64,000 bases of DNA, from IMG/VR virus record IMGVR_UViG_3300017650_000002; one strand, 5' to 3'. Numbering within the stretch: position 1 is the first letter of the stretch; each line of letters starts with the position of its first letter. Of this stretch, positions 53,853 to 62,771 are shown one piece after another. The notes under the pieces were generated by a model. The model did no database searches, was not told the DNA's origin, and saw only the letters and a program-made list of their open reading frames with translations. Made by a program: the position numbers and the translations under genes. The stretch comes from a virus. Its lineage: Duplodnaviria; Heunggongvirae; Uroviricota; Caudoviricetes.

Positions 53853-54587
53853 ATGATTATACCATTCGAGATTAAAGACTATCTAGCGCAGGCTAGGGAT
53901 ATGGTGACGTTTGCATTTGAAGAGTCCCCTGTTTTCGATAAGTATTTACAGCTTCTAACCCAACCCTCCTTAGAGATTCAAGAAGTCCTAAGACAGCTGA
54001 TGCAAGAGAGAAGCATTGATACAGCGGTTGGTGCACAGCTTGACATCATAGGTAGAATTGTAGGTCAAGACAGGACACTGATTGACTCAGACTTGATACC
54101 ATTCTTTGGATATGAGGGTAATCCTGCCTCTAACAGTTATGGAGATTTATCCGTAGGCTCTTCAGGTGGATACTACTGGGATTATAATAAACCATTATCT
54201 GGCAATGTAACCCTAAGTGACGAGCAATACAGGCTATTCATCAAGGCAAAGATTCTAAAGAATATCACTAGGTCCACACCAGATGAAGTGATTGAATTCA
54301 TTAAGTTTGTTTTTGGTGCTGAGGTGGTTAACATCTCTTACAGTCAAAATGCTTATGCTGTTATTTTGGTCAGCAATGACTTAAACCAGTTTGAAAAAAC
54401 TCTTCTTCAGTACGTTACTACCAAAGGTTTTAGATCCTACTTCATCCCTAAGACAATTGGGGTTAGGTACGAATTTGGTGAGTTCAATGTTGACAATCAC
54501 TTTTCATATGCAGGAGTTCCATCTGGAAATGGCTACGGCTCGGTTGGCAACCCCTCTGTTGGCGGTTTTTACGCAACATTATTTTAA
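53853..54587 (+). CDS. tail protein I-like (DUF2313-type)
   Basis: 244 aa directly after the J-like gene (ATG overlaps the stop). Confidence 0.5.
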   Translation: MIIPFEIKDYLAQARDMVTFAFEESPVFDKYLQLLTQPSLEIQEVLRQLMQERSIDTAVGAQLDIIGRIVGQDRTLIDSDLIPFFGYEGNPASNSYGDLSVGSSGGYYWDYNKPLSGNVTLSDEQYRLFIKAKILKNITRSTPDEVIEFIKFVFGAEVVNISYSQNAYAVILVSNDLNQFEKTLLQYVTTKGFRSYFIPKTIGVRYEFGEFNVDNHFSYAGVPSGNGYGSVGNPSVGGFYATLF

Positions 54588-54605
54588 ACGAGTAAAGGAA
54601 ATACA

Positions 54606-55304
54606 ATGGCAGAAATTCTTAAGCCTGACATGACAAATCTGTGGGCGTCTGGTGGTGCTTCAATAGCCCCTTCAGAATCTAAGATTCAAATTGGGTGGAC
54701 ACCAGAAATTCCCCCACATCAATGGCAAAATTGGTGGCAATTTAGGGTCGATAGTGGAATTGGGTACATGTTTCAACATGGTATCCCAGAGTGGGATGCA
54801 GCTACGGAATACTTCTCTGGTAAGAGTTTTGTACAACACAATGGTGAGATTTATAAATGCATATTAGGAAACATAAATCAGCAACCAGATACCAATCCCA
54901 CTTACTGGGAAATTCTTTTGGGGGACGCAAGTACCTCTGCGAAAGGGTTGATCAAACTTGCTACAACTTCACAAGCTCAGAGTCTAACTGACGACGCCAC
55001 TGCCATCACCCCGAAGAAGTTGTCGGATGCGTTCAAGGGGTCCAACCAATTGCTTGGGGCAAGCGGCTACCAAAAACTCCCCGGTGGGTTGATCCTCCAA
55101 TGGGGTCAGGGGATTTCTGCCACATCGGGGTACAGCACACACACTTTCCCTATTGCATTCCCGAATGCACCTCGGGTATTGGTGGCTTCTGCCTCAGGGC
55201 TGTCATTTGTAACGACAAACGGATTTGTGGGGAAAACGGGCTGTTCTCTGGGAACGTCCCCATCGGGGGGCGTCACGCTAAATTATCTTGTTATTGGAGA
55301 TTGA
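54606..55304 (+). CDS. tail fibre protein (short)
   Basis: Gly/Ser/Thr-rich C-terminus; followed by an Tfa-like chaperone gene. Confidence 0.5.
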   Translation: MAEILKPDMTNLWASGGASIAPSESKIQIGWTPEIPPHQWQNWWQFRVDSGIGYMFQHGIPEWDAATEYFSGKSFVQHNGEIYKCILGNINQQPDTNPTYWEILLGDASTSAKGLIKLATTSQAQSLTDDATAITPKKLSDAFKGSNQLLGASGYQKLPGGLILQWGQGISATSGYSTHTFPIAFPNAPRVLVASASGLSFVTTNGFVGKTGCSLGTSPSGGVTLNYLVIGD

Positions 55305-55313
55305 GACTAAATC

Positions 55314-55784
55314 ATGAAAATTTATTTTTCTGCAAGCGAAAACGGATTCTACACCGAAGAAATCCACGGAAATATTATCCCAGAGGATGCTGTAGAGATA
55401 TCAGAATCTAACTATGCAAGTCTGATGCAAGGACAAGAATCAGGTGGTATCATAACGTCTGACGATAGTGGAAGTCCAATTCTGGCTGACCCCCCACCAC
55501 TAACTGCGGAACAGATACAAGAGTACAAGGTTTCACTGGTTCAGTCACACATGGACAACGCTGCTCGTTGTCTGCGTTATGACAGTATAGCAAATGCTAT
55601 CACTTACGCAGAAGAACCATCAGTGCCAAAATTTCAAAAAGAAGGTCAGGCATTTCGTGCTTGGAGGAGTTTAGTGTGGGAGAAGTGCTATGAAATTTTG
55701 GGGGAAGTCGAATCCGGGCAGCGTGCTGTCCCAACGGACGATGAACTCTTGGCAGAGCTTCCAAAACTAATACTTCCAGGATAA
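55314..55784 (+). CDS. tail fibre assembly chaperone (Tfa-like)
   Basis: Characteristic N-terminus MKIYFSASENGFY. Confidence 0.55.
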   Translation: MKIYFSASENGFYTEEIHGNIIPEDAVEISESNYASLMQGQESGGIITSDDSGSPILADPPPLTAEQIQEYKVSLVQSHMDNAARCLRYDSIANAITYAEEPSVPKFQKEGQAFRAWRSLVWEKCYEILGEVESGQRAVPTDDELLAELPKLILPG

Positions 55785-55811
55785 ATATAGAAGCCTACAG
55801 GCTTCTTTCTA

Positions 55812-56411
55812 ATGGAGATACCCATGGATAAATCAACTTTAGCCAAATGGCTTGCTGCGGGCACCATAAGTATTGGTGGAGCTCTCTCCGTGGGGAGTCT
55901 TATTGAACCTCACGAAGGGTCTGTTAAAAACAAACAAGGAATGCACATAGCATATTTAGATGCTGTAGGCATTCCTACAGTTTGCTATGGTCAGACTGGA
56001 AAAGACTTATATGAAAGAACTATCAGAATAGGGATGCCACCTTTCTCAGAGCAAGAATGCACAGAGATGCTTCTGAAGACTGTAGTTAAGCTTGAGAGAG
56101 AAATCGACAGGCTGGTGAAGATAGACTACAAAAGTGACTACCAGAAAGCAGCTTTGATTTCTTTTGTCTATAACGTTGGGGTTGGCAATTTCTCTTCATC
56201 TACCCTCCTTAAAGATCTTAACAGGGGGGAGCATGATCTTGCATGTGATCGACTTTCTGATTGGGTTTATGCCAAAAAGAAGAAGCTTGGGGGCCTTGTG
56301 AAGAGAAGGGAGGAGGAAAGACAAATGTGTCTAGGCAATGTTCCCCAAGATGTGAGGATGACATATACAGAGATTGTTAACTTGGTTAAAGAAACTGCGG
56401 AGAAGAAATGA
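55812..56411 (+). CDS. SAR endolysin (GH24 lysozyme with N-terminal signal-arrest-release helix)
   Basis: Gly/Ala-rich weakly hydrophobic N-helix (LAKWLAAGTISIGGALSVGSLI) followed by EG...YLD.VGIPT.CYGQTG lysozyme catalytic region. Confidence 0.65.
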   Translation: MEIPMDKSTLAKWLAAGTISIGGALSVGSLIEPHEGSVKNKQGMHIAYLDAVGIPTVCYGQTGKDLYERTIRIGMPPFSEQECTEMLLKTVVKLEREIDRLVKIDYKSDYQKAALISFVYNVGVGNFSSSTLLKDLNRGEHDLACDRLSDWVYAKKKKLGGLVKRREEERQMCLGNVPQDVRMTYTEIVNLVKETAEKK

Positions 56412-56809
56412 CTGTAGCCGTGAGAAATATTCTTCTATCACTGATAGTGTCTCTGAGTTTACTTAGCCTAGTTCTGTATGTTGCCAATCTAAGGCAAGAC
56501 AGGGACATAGTTAGTTTTAAGAGCAGAGTGTCAGAACTTTCCCAAGAAAACTCCATCCTCAACAGCAGGGTAGCCACATTAAAAATGATGTGGTTTGCTA
56601 CTAATGTAGCCTCTAAAGAACAGCAAGAGGGTTTGAGTAAGAAAGAGCAGACTGAAAGAGAAACTATGGCGGAGTTGGAAAACCTGCCAAAAAACTTAGG
56701 AGCTAGTGATGCTAAAGATGATCAGTCTGATGTTCTTCCTGCTGATGTTGTCAGGGTGCTACAGCGGCACTGTGATCAGATACGTGGAAAAACCTGTGAC
56801 AATCCCTGA
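56408..56809 (+). CDS. i-spanin (Rz-like)
   Basis: N-terminal TM helix + coiled-coil periplasmic domain; overlaps the endolysin stop. Confidence 0.5.
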   Translation: MTVAVRNILLSLIVSLSLLSLVLYVANLRQDRDIVSFKSRVSELSQENSILNSRVATLKMMWFATNVASKEQQEGLSKKEQTERETMAELENLPKNLGASDAKDDQSDVLPADVVRVLQRHCDQIRGKTCDNP

Positions 56810-56999
56810 ACATCTCATGAGGGATCCTTGTGAAGTGGTGGGTCCAGGCAAGACAGTTACATCATTGAAAAGGGGGTATGTCAAAAATACTTCTTGTGCA
56901 GGTAAATACGCAGAGGTTTTAAATGGGATTCGTACTTACAATAGGAAAGTATCTGACGAAAATACTGAGTTGGTTGAAGGTGAAGATAATGCAAGATGA
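56706..56999 (+). CDS. o-spanin (Rz1-like lipoprotein), overlapping i-spanin in another frame
   Basis: Signal peptide with lipobox LSGC; Pro/Cys-containing short periplasmic domain; genetic architecture typical of overlapped spanins. Confidence 0.5.
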   Translation: MMLKMISLMFFLLMLSGCYSGTVIRYVEKPVTIPEHLMRDPCEVVGPGKTVTSLKRGYVKNTSCAGKYAEVLNGIRTYNRKVSDENTELVEGEDNAR

Positions 57000-57345
57000 A
57001 GTCAGGCCTAAGGATAGTAAGTGGGATAGGATCCTCCTAAACCTGCTGGGATATGCTCTTGCTTTCTTGGTCATGTTTGGGTATTTCGGGTGGAAAGACA
57101 TCAAAGATAGGCAGCAAGCTCAAGAAGAGAAGATATCCTACCTATACCAGGACAAAGTATCTCGTGCAGAGTTCAGGGAAGAAATCAATAACATGAGATT
57201 TCAGATTGAAGGCACAAAGACTGACCTAATCGCAAGGACAGAGTCTTCTAGGTCCGACATCATAAATAGACAAGATACTATGAAGTCTGACATTCTTGCT
57301 AGGATTGACCTTCTGATACCACACTTGACATCAAAAGGTAAATAA
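56989..57345 (+). CDS. holin/antiholin-like membrane protein (1 TM)
   Basis: Start trimmed to MQDEV; single TM (ILLNLLGYALAFLVMFGYFGW) + charged coiled C-terminus. Confidence 0.4.
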   Translation: MQDEVRPKDSKWDRILLNLLGYALAFLVMFGYFGWKDIKDRQQAQEEKISYLYQDKVSRAEFREEINNMRFQIEGTKTDLIARTESSRSDIINRQDTMKSDILARIDLLIPHLTSKGK

Positions 57346-57687
57346 ATGACTTTTGGAAGAGGAGCCTTGATCGTTGCCGTCATAATTGGATTCCTCTTCC
57401 TAGGTATATTTTTATTCCGGGCCTCCGACTACCAAAGTGATATTCTTAGATTAAATAGGGAGTATCTGGTAATAGAGGAGCGGATGAGTACGAAGGCTGG
57501 AAACTGGATAAACTACCTTGAGTCCAGAGTGAACCGTGTGGCACAATCACAGGATGAATACCAAGCCTCTACATCAAGTAGAATAGACTTCCTTGAAGAA
57601 AGAATAAAGAGGCTAGAAGCTACAGTACAAAAACAAGAGGAGCAAATAAGCTCCCTAAATAAGAGGGTTAACCAAAGCCCCAAATAA
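57346..57687 (+). CDS. lysis-associated membrane protein (1 TM + coiled coil)
   Basis: N-terminal TM (ALIVAVIIGFLFLGIFLF), remainder coiled-coil; last gene of the lysis cassette. Confidence 0.4.
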   Translation: MTFGRGALIVAVIIGFLFLGIFLFRASDYQSDILRLNREYLVIEERMSTKAGNWINYLESRVNRVAQSQDEYQASTSSRIDFLEERIKRLEATVQKQEEQISSLNKRVNQSPK

Positions 57688-57688
57688 T

Positions 57689-57727
57689 AAGCCCCGGCCT
57701 AGAGATAGGTGCGGGGCTTTTCTTTAC
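57689..57727. terminator. bidirectional intrinsic terminator AAGCCCCG-...-CGGGGCTTTTCTTT at the convergence of the lysis cassette and - gene 57724-58308
   Basis: Read directly. Confidence 0.7.
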
Positions 57728-58308
57728 TTGTAGGAAATCATCTGGTATCCCCAGAAGGTGTCCAGTTCAGTCCAAAATAGATCCAGACTTCCCTGATTTT
57801 TCACATTGAAGTAGTTGTAAATGGGGATATCTGGATGATCAATCCAGTTCCTACTGTCTCCGGTGAAGTCTCTGCCTGGACGGTGAATACGTAGAATATA
57901 GATGTTCTCAGAACCAAATGTACTGATCAGAGGACCAAGCTCTTCGTTGAACCCACCATCGCTGCAAGCTGCAACAATTGATCCCTGGTCAGCTAAGGCC
58001 TTCAGCTTGACAGCTTCCGCTCGTCCAAAGTAATCTTTGCCGAAATTGGGCTTAACGATCATCTCTGAGACTCGAATTAGGGCTTGTCTGCAAGATACAC
58101 CACCTAGCTCAGCCCTGGGTAGCTCCTTGCCTTCGCGAGTGTACCAAGAGTTCCATAGAGCCTCTGAAATGCAATACAGCTTCAGGGTGAGGGCTATTAG
58201 CTCAGTCTTGAAGCTGAAAGAGTGGGTGCCATACTTGCGCTTGAAGTAGGCGATTGCCTCGTCCTTGCCTGCGTCTGCTGGTGCATTGGCAATGATGATT
58301 TTAGTCAT
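57724..58308 (-). CDS. P-loop kinase, T4 gp1-like deoxynucleoside monophosphate kinase (putative)
   Basis: N-terminus MTKIIIANAPADAGKDEAIAYF resembles MKLIFLSGVKRSGKDTTADFI of T4 dNMP kinase; size 194 aa. Confidence 0.4.
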   Translation of the reverse strand: MTKIIIANAPADAGKDEAIAYFKRKYGTHSFSFKTELIALTLKLYCISEALWNSWYTREGKELPRAELGGVSCRQALIRVSEMIVKPNFGKDYFGRAEAVKLKALADQGSIVAACSDGGFNEELGPLISTFGSENIYILRIHRPGRDFTGDSRNWIDHPDIPIYNYFNVKNQGSLDLFWTELDTFWGYQMISYK

Positions 58309-58370
58309 TGTTTCTCCTTATAAAAGATGAACTCCCATTGTACCACAGAAACATGCAACGTCAATGAGAC

Positions 58371-58399
58371 TTGACAACCAGAAAAATCTGGGCTAAGAT
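58371..58399 (+). promoter_or_regulatory. sigma70 promoter: -35 TTGACA, 17-nt spacer, -10 TAAGAT, heading the replication module
   Basis: Read directly. Confidence 0.5.
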
Positions 58400-58429
58400 G
58401 GAGGCCTCAGTCAAACAAAGGAGAAAGAT

Positions 58430-58786
58430 ATGGAAGCAACTGAAGTTATGACGCATCTGTATGGAAAGACTTATGCAGAAGTAGTTGAATCCTTGAGTGT
58501 TCAAGACGATCAGGGGGATTGTTGCGGTTGGGCAGACTGTGAAATAACAGATGAGATTTATCATCTAGATGGGTCTGATGAAGCTGTGTTGGTTAAAGTC
58601 ATTCAGTATGACTATTCCAGTGATTGTAGTGATAGATGTGTGGTAAACTTCATCTTTGATCTAGGTGATAGCAAAGGCTTGATCTTAGGGTATGACCTGA
58701 GTGCGGGGTCAGGGTCTGGTTGGAGCTATGGAGCCTTTGTATCATTGAGTTACAATAAAGAGATAGTTGCTTCTGTCAGCTATTAA
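58430..58786 (+). CDS. hypothetical acidic Cys-rich protein (118 aa)
   Basis: AAGGAGAAAG RBS. Confidence 0.45.
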   Translation: MEATEVMTHLYGKTYAEVVESLSVQDDQGDCCGWADCEITDEIYHLDGSDEAVLVKVIQYDYSSDCSDRCVVNFIFDLGDSKGLILGYDLSAGSGSGWSYGAFVSLSYNKEIVASVSY

Positions 58787-58798
58787 TAAGGAGGTTAA

Positions 58799-59581
58799 AT
58801 GACTAACCAGAACAGAACCGAACAGGCGGGCGAGCCTGTAGCCGAAATCTGTATCGGCGTAAGCACTACCGGGCAAGAAGCAACCATCTGCATTATGCAG
58901 CCGCATAATGACGGCACCACCACGGTGATCTATTCCCAAACGCACCCGCTCGGCGACAGCATGGGCCGCGCCTCGCTGGCAAGCGCACCTGTAGCCGGGA
59001 AAACCAGGGAGGCCGTGGATTACGTTCGCGGCGGCGCGCTGAACTTTGACGCACACCCAGATGGCGCCCCTGTAGCCGATGAGCTGGCGGCCGTAGACCC
59101 GTGCGGGTATGTCGCCGTCAAGGTGTCGGCGGTCGATTGGCTCAAGGATAAATTCCCGGCGCTGACGATCAAGGCCGGACTCTGCGAGCGCATCGGCGGA
59201 CGGCTCTATACCATCACTCGCCTGATGCGCGACCATGACGCCGCCCTGGCAAGCGCCCCTGTAGCGGGGGAGGCGGTGGCCGCCATGCTCCGCAATCGCC
59301 GGCATCTCGGGAGTGGCGACAACGGAAAGCAGTTTTACTCCGATTTTTCCGAATGGTTCCCCGCCACGGTTGGCCATGCCAGGGCTGTTACGTCGCCCAA
59401 CCGTAACGAGCTGGGAACTTGGGAGGTTCGTTGGCTGGTGGACGCCGCACCCCAGGCCAGCGAGGTAGACGTCATCGAAGAAATCGCCAAGCAATGGGAC
59501 GGTTGCATCTACGACGCCGGGCCGGGAGGCGATATAGATATTGGTCAGGCTATTCGTGGTGCAGCGAATAAGAGGAGTTAG
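58799..59581 (+). CDS. hypothetical protein (260 aa), compositional outlier (~65% GC); paralog of 12632-13282
   Basis: AAGGAGG RBS; first 16 nt ATGACTAACCAGAACA identical to the 13282 paralog; internal repeat LASAPVAG(K/E) x2; shared AAPQASEV. Confidence 0.55.
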   Translation: MTNQNRTEQAGEPVAEICIGVSTTGQEATICIMQPHNDGTTTVIYSQTHPLGDSMGRASLASAPVAGKTREAVDYVRGGALNFDAHPDGAPVADELAAVDPCGYVAVKVSAVDWLKDKFPALTIKAGLCERIGGRLYTITRLMRDHDAALASAPVAGEAVAAMLRNRRHLGSGDNGKQFYSDFSEWFPATVGHARAVTSPNRNELGTWEVRWLVDAAPQASEVDVIEEIAKQWDGCIYDAGPGGDIDIGQAIRGAANKRS

Positions 59582-59583
59582 GA

Positions 59584-59886
59584 ATGAGTTACAAAATGTT
59601 TCTTGATGACGAACGTTACCCTACAACACCAGATTGGCTAGTAGCACGAAGCAGTTTCGATGCTGTTCATTTTGTAAGTAACTTCGGAATGCCGAAGGAG
59701 ATTGCCTTTGACCATGACTTGGGTGGGGCTGACACCTCCATGGTATTTCTCAGGTGGCTAGAAGAGGAGTTGATACAAGGTAGGGTTGAATTTCCTGAAA
59801 ATTTCAGCTACACTGTGCACAGTCAGAACCCGGTCGGGGCTACAAACATCATGTGTCATATGGAGTCTCTACTAAAATATTTCTAG
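59584..59886 (+). CDS. hypothetical protein (100 aa)
   Basis: ORF starting 2 nt after the previous stop. Confidence 0.45.
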   Translation: MSYKMFLDDERYPTTPDWLVARSSFDAVHFVSNFGMPKEIAFDHDLGGADTSMVFLRWLEEELIQGRVEFPENFSYTVHSQNPVGATNIMCHMESLLKYF

Positions 59887-59899
59887 GAGGAACGTTGTA

Positions 59900-60184
59900 A
59901 TGAATGTAAAATTCATTCTGGCTTTGGCGCAGAAGATCCGGGAGGTTGATGGGGACAATAGCCTTGGGGCGAGCGCCTTAGCTGAGGAGCTAACCCCTTT
60001 CCTCGAAGAAATCCTTATGAAGGAATTTCTTGACCCATACATCGAGGCTTTGGCGGATTGTCGTGACTCATTTCCAGAGCCACAGGTTTCAAGCAGTCTG
60101 GAGCATTTTTGGGCTGAAGCTATGTCAGACCCACTAGCGGTTCCTGCTTACATAGAGGCTTGGTTGATGGAGTTACAAACATAA
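59900..60184 (+). CDS. hypothetical acidic protein (94 aa)
   Basis: GGAGG RBS. Confidence 0.45.
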   Translation: MNVKFILALAQKIREVDGDNSLGASALAEELTPFLEEILMKEFLDPYIEALADCRDSFPEPQVSSSLEHFWAEAMSDPLAVPAYIEAWLMELQT

Positions 60185-60199
60185 GTTGTAAGGAGAGGT

Positions 60200-61978
60200 A
60201 TGTCGTATATTGTAGAGCGTATGGGCCTAAGTATTGACTTAGCCCTAGAGGGTAAGGTTGCATGCCCTCGTTGTGTCAGTAAGGGGAAGGATAGGAGTGG
60301 AGATAACTTACAGGTGTACGGGCTAGATAATGATGGGCGTCCTAGAGGCGCTCATTGTTTTTCTTGTGAGTACACAATTGCTTCCGAAGAGTGGAAGGAA
60401 GAGAACGGGTATGTTGAAGAAAAGGAGTATGTGACAGTGGGTAAAGAATTCAATGACGAGGTGAGGAAGATCATTTTCAAAAGTACGGGAAATGATCCGA
60501 AGGGTTATCGTGGTATTAGGAAGGATGTCTCAGAGTTTTACGGAGTTCGCTACCGGTATAGCGAAGAGACGGGCGAGGTAGTGGAGACACTGTACCCCAC
60601 TACAATGGAGTACAAGCCAGCAGGGTATAAGGTACGAAAGCATCCAAAGGATTTTTCTGGCCCCTGGGGTGACACAGGGAAAGACTGTGAGCTATTTGGT
60701 CAGGTAAGGTTTCAGACGCAGACAGGCTTTTGTCTCATTGTTGGAGGGGAGCACGATGTTTTAGCAGCCTATCAGATCCTAAAGGATAATCAGAAGACAT
60801 CGAAGTTTGATCCTCCAGCTGTAGTATCTGCCACTATTGGCGAGTCAGGTGCTGTTAAGCAGATTCAGGCAAACTATCAATGGTTTAATCAGTTTAAGCA
60901 AGTTATCATTTGCATGGATAACGACACAGTGGGGAAGGCTTCAGCTGAGAAGATTGCCAGGGTACTGCCACGGGGCAAGGTCAAGATCATGAAGATGCGG
61001 TATAAGGATCCTAACAAGTACCTTGAACTTAAAAAGGATTCCGAATTTGTCTCAGACTTTTTCGGTGCTGGTACGTGGACTCCAGCCGGTGTTCACGGGT
61101 CTGGCAGTTTGTACGAAGCAGCATTGAACTATGCAGAGTTGAAGCAGCTATCTTTACCACCATTCCTGCCAAAGTCTAGGGAGATGTTTGGTGGAGAGGG
61201 TTTGGTCAAGGGAGAAATCTCTGTAATCTTTGCAAAGACCTCTGTAGGTAAGAGTAGCTTCGTAGATGCCTTTACGATCAACTGGGCGCTTTTTGAGCCT
61301 GAGGAAGTGGTTGGTGTTCTGTCCCTAGAAGCTACAGTGGACAAGTACTCAACAAACTTGTTTTCTAACTATTTAGGTGTTAAACTGATTCGGATGGCAA
61401 ATGCTCAAGAGCGTGTAGCCTATCTAAAGCAGCCTGACGTTAAAGCCAAGATTGACTACTTAACCAAGACAGAAGATGGCACAGATAGGTTTTTTGTGTT
61501 TGATGACCGTGGCGGTGATTTGGAAACTGTCAAGGAGAAGATCCTTGAAATGATTATTCAGTGTGGTGTTACAATTCTGATTGTTGACCCATTCTCAGAC
61601 CTTATGGCTGGTATGGATTTAAATTCTCAGGAAGAGTTTGTAGCTTGGATCAAGAAGCTTCTTAAGGAGTATCCTCAGGTTTCTCTGGTGCTGGTTTGCC
61701 ACACCAAGAAGAGCCAAACTAAGGAGGGTAATTTGGTGGAAGAGGACATCATTGGCACATCAACCATTATGAAGTCTGCCGCACAAACCATCTCGTTGGA
61801 GCGTGATAAGCTGAATCCCAATGATATCTTGAAGAACGTGACGGTTGTTACAATCCACAAGAATCGGCATTATTCATCAACTGGAGTGGCTGATAAGGTG
61901 TACTATGACTTCAAGACAGCACAGCTTATCAATTTTGAAGAATGGCTAAAGGATAACCCTAATGCCTTGGAACTATAA
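60200..61978 (+). CDS. bifunctional DNA primase/helicase (T7 gp4-like)
   Basis: N-terminal Zn ribbon CPRC...CFSC, TOPRIM-like LIVGGEHDVLAAYQ, DnaB-type Walker A GEISVIFAKTSVGKSSFV and Walker B LILIVDPFS. Confidence 0.8.
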   Translation: MSYIVERMGLSIDLALEGKVACPRCVSKGKDRSGDNLQVYGLDNDGRPRGAHCFSCEYTIASEEWKEENGYVEEKEYVTVGKEFNDEVRKIIFKSTGNDPKGYRGIRKDVSEFYGVRYRYSEETGEVVETLYPTTMEYKPAGYKVRKHPKDFSGPWGDTGKDCELFGQVRFQTQTGFCLIVGGEHDVLAAYQILKDNQKTSKFDPPAVVSATIGESGAVKQIQANYQWFNQFKQVIICMDNDTVGKASAEKIARVLPRGKVKIMKMRYKDPNKYLELKKDSEFVSDFFGAGTWTPAGVHGSGSLYEAALNYAELKQLSLPPFLPKSREMFGGEGLVKGEISVIFAKTSVGKSSFVDAFTINWALFEPEEVVGVLSLEATVDKYSTNLFSNYLGVKLIRMANAQERVAYLKQPDVKAKIDYLTKTEDGTDRFFVFDDRGGDLETVKEKILEMIIQCGVTILIVDPFSDLMAGMDLNSQEEFVAWIKKLLKEYPQVSLVLVCHTKKSQTKEGNLVEEDIIGTSTIMKSAAQTISLERDKLNPNDILKNVTVVTIHKNRHYSSTGVADKVYYDFKTAQLINFEEWLKDNPNALEL

Positions 61979-61987
61979 GGAGTAGAT

Positions 61988-62164
61988 ATGAGCGATATGA
62001 TTACTATTAGAGTCTATGCATCAACCAAAATGGTTGGGTCAAAAGTTTACGATGAGTTTAAAGTAGAGCGAGAGGTTTGGGAGTCTCTAACTGAGGAGCA
62101 ACAAGAAGAGTGGAGAATGGATGCCTTTTGGAATCTGGTAAGTTGTTGGTCTGAAGAGTTGTAA
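61988..62164 (+). CDS. hypothetical protein (58 aa)
   Basis: Small ORF with GGAG RBS between the primase-helicase and downstream genes; below the ORF-track size cut-off. Confidence 0.3.
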   Translation: MSDMITIRVYASTKMVGSKVYDEFKVEREVWESLTEEQQEEWRMDAFWNLVSCWSEEL

Positions 62165-62409
62165 TAAGGTAGTAGGTGTGATAGAATGGGGTATTCTCTT
62201 AGGGGAGTACCCCATTTACGTTTAAGGAGGGACAATGATCAGTTGGATATGGAGTTTGTTGTTTACAGGCCACATACATAAGTGGAAATCAGACGGCTAT
62301 GTCTCTGGTACATACGTCCGCTATCGAAGGCCTTACATCATCAACAAGATGAGATGTAAAAAGTGTGGTATTATCAAGCTTGTAGAAAGCACTGTCTAAG
62401 GAGATAATT

Positions 62410-62664
62410 ATGATTGTGATTATGCAGATTGAAGAAGACACTCCATATGAAGGATACTACACCCATTATTACACGCTGAAGTGTGATAGTGTAGAGGCAG
62501 CAAAAGAGTCTTGGAATAATGCTGTTGAATCTGGCAGGAAAGAGAATTTGGGTAGGTTCAAATTCCACGGTCTACTTTGCACAACAAGGGAGCTTGACTG
62601 CTATTGGGTAGTTGACTTCATGACAGTTGAAGAGTGGGTTGAAGCTAGGAAGTTGGAGGCATGA
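62410..62664 (+). CDS. hypothetical protein (84 aa)
   Basis: AAGGAGA RBS. Confidence 0.45.
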   Translation: MIVIMQIEEDTPYEGYYTHYYTLKCDSVEAAKESWNNAVESGRKENLGRFKFHGLLCTTRELDCYWVVDFMTVEEWVEARKLEA

Positions 62665-62771
62665 TGACATTCTGGGATTTTGCAACTTTTTGTATTTTGG
62701 TTTACTACCGAAAGAACATTGGCAGGTTCATCCTCACTGCGTGGGAAGCTAGTAAGAAATAAGGAGTAAGT

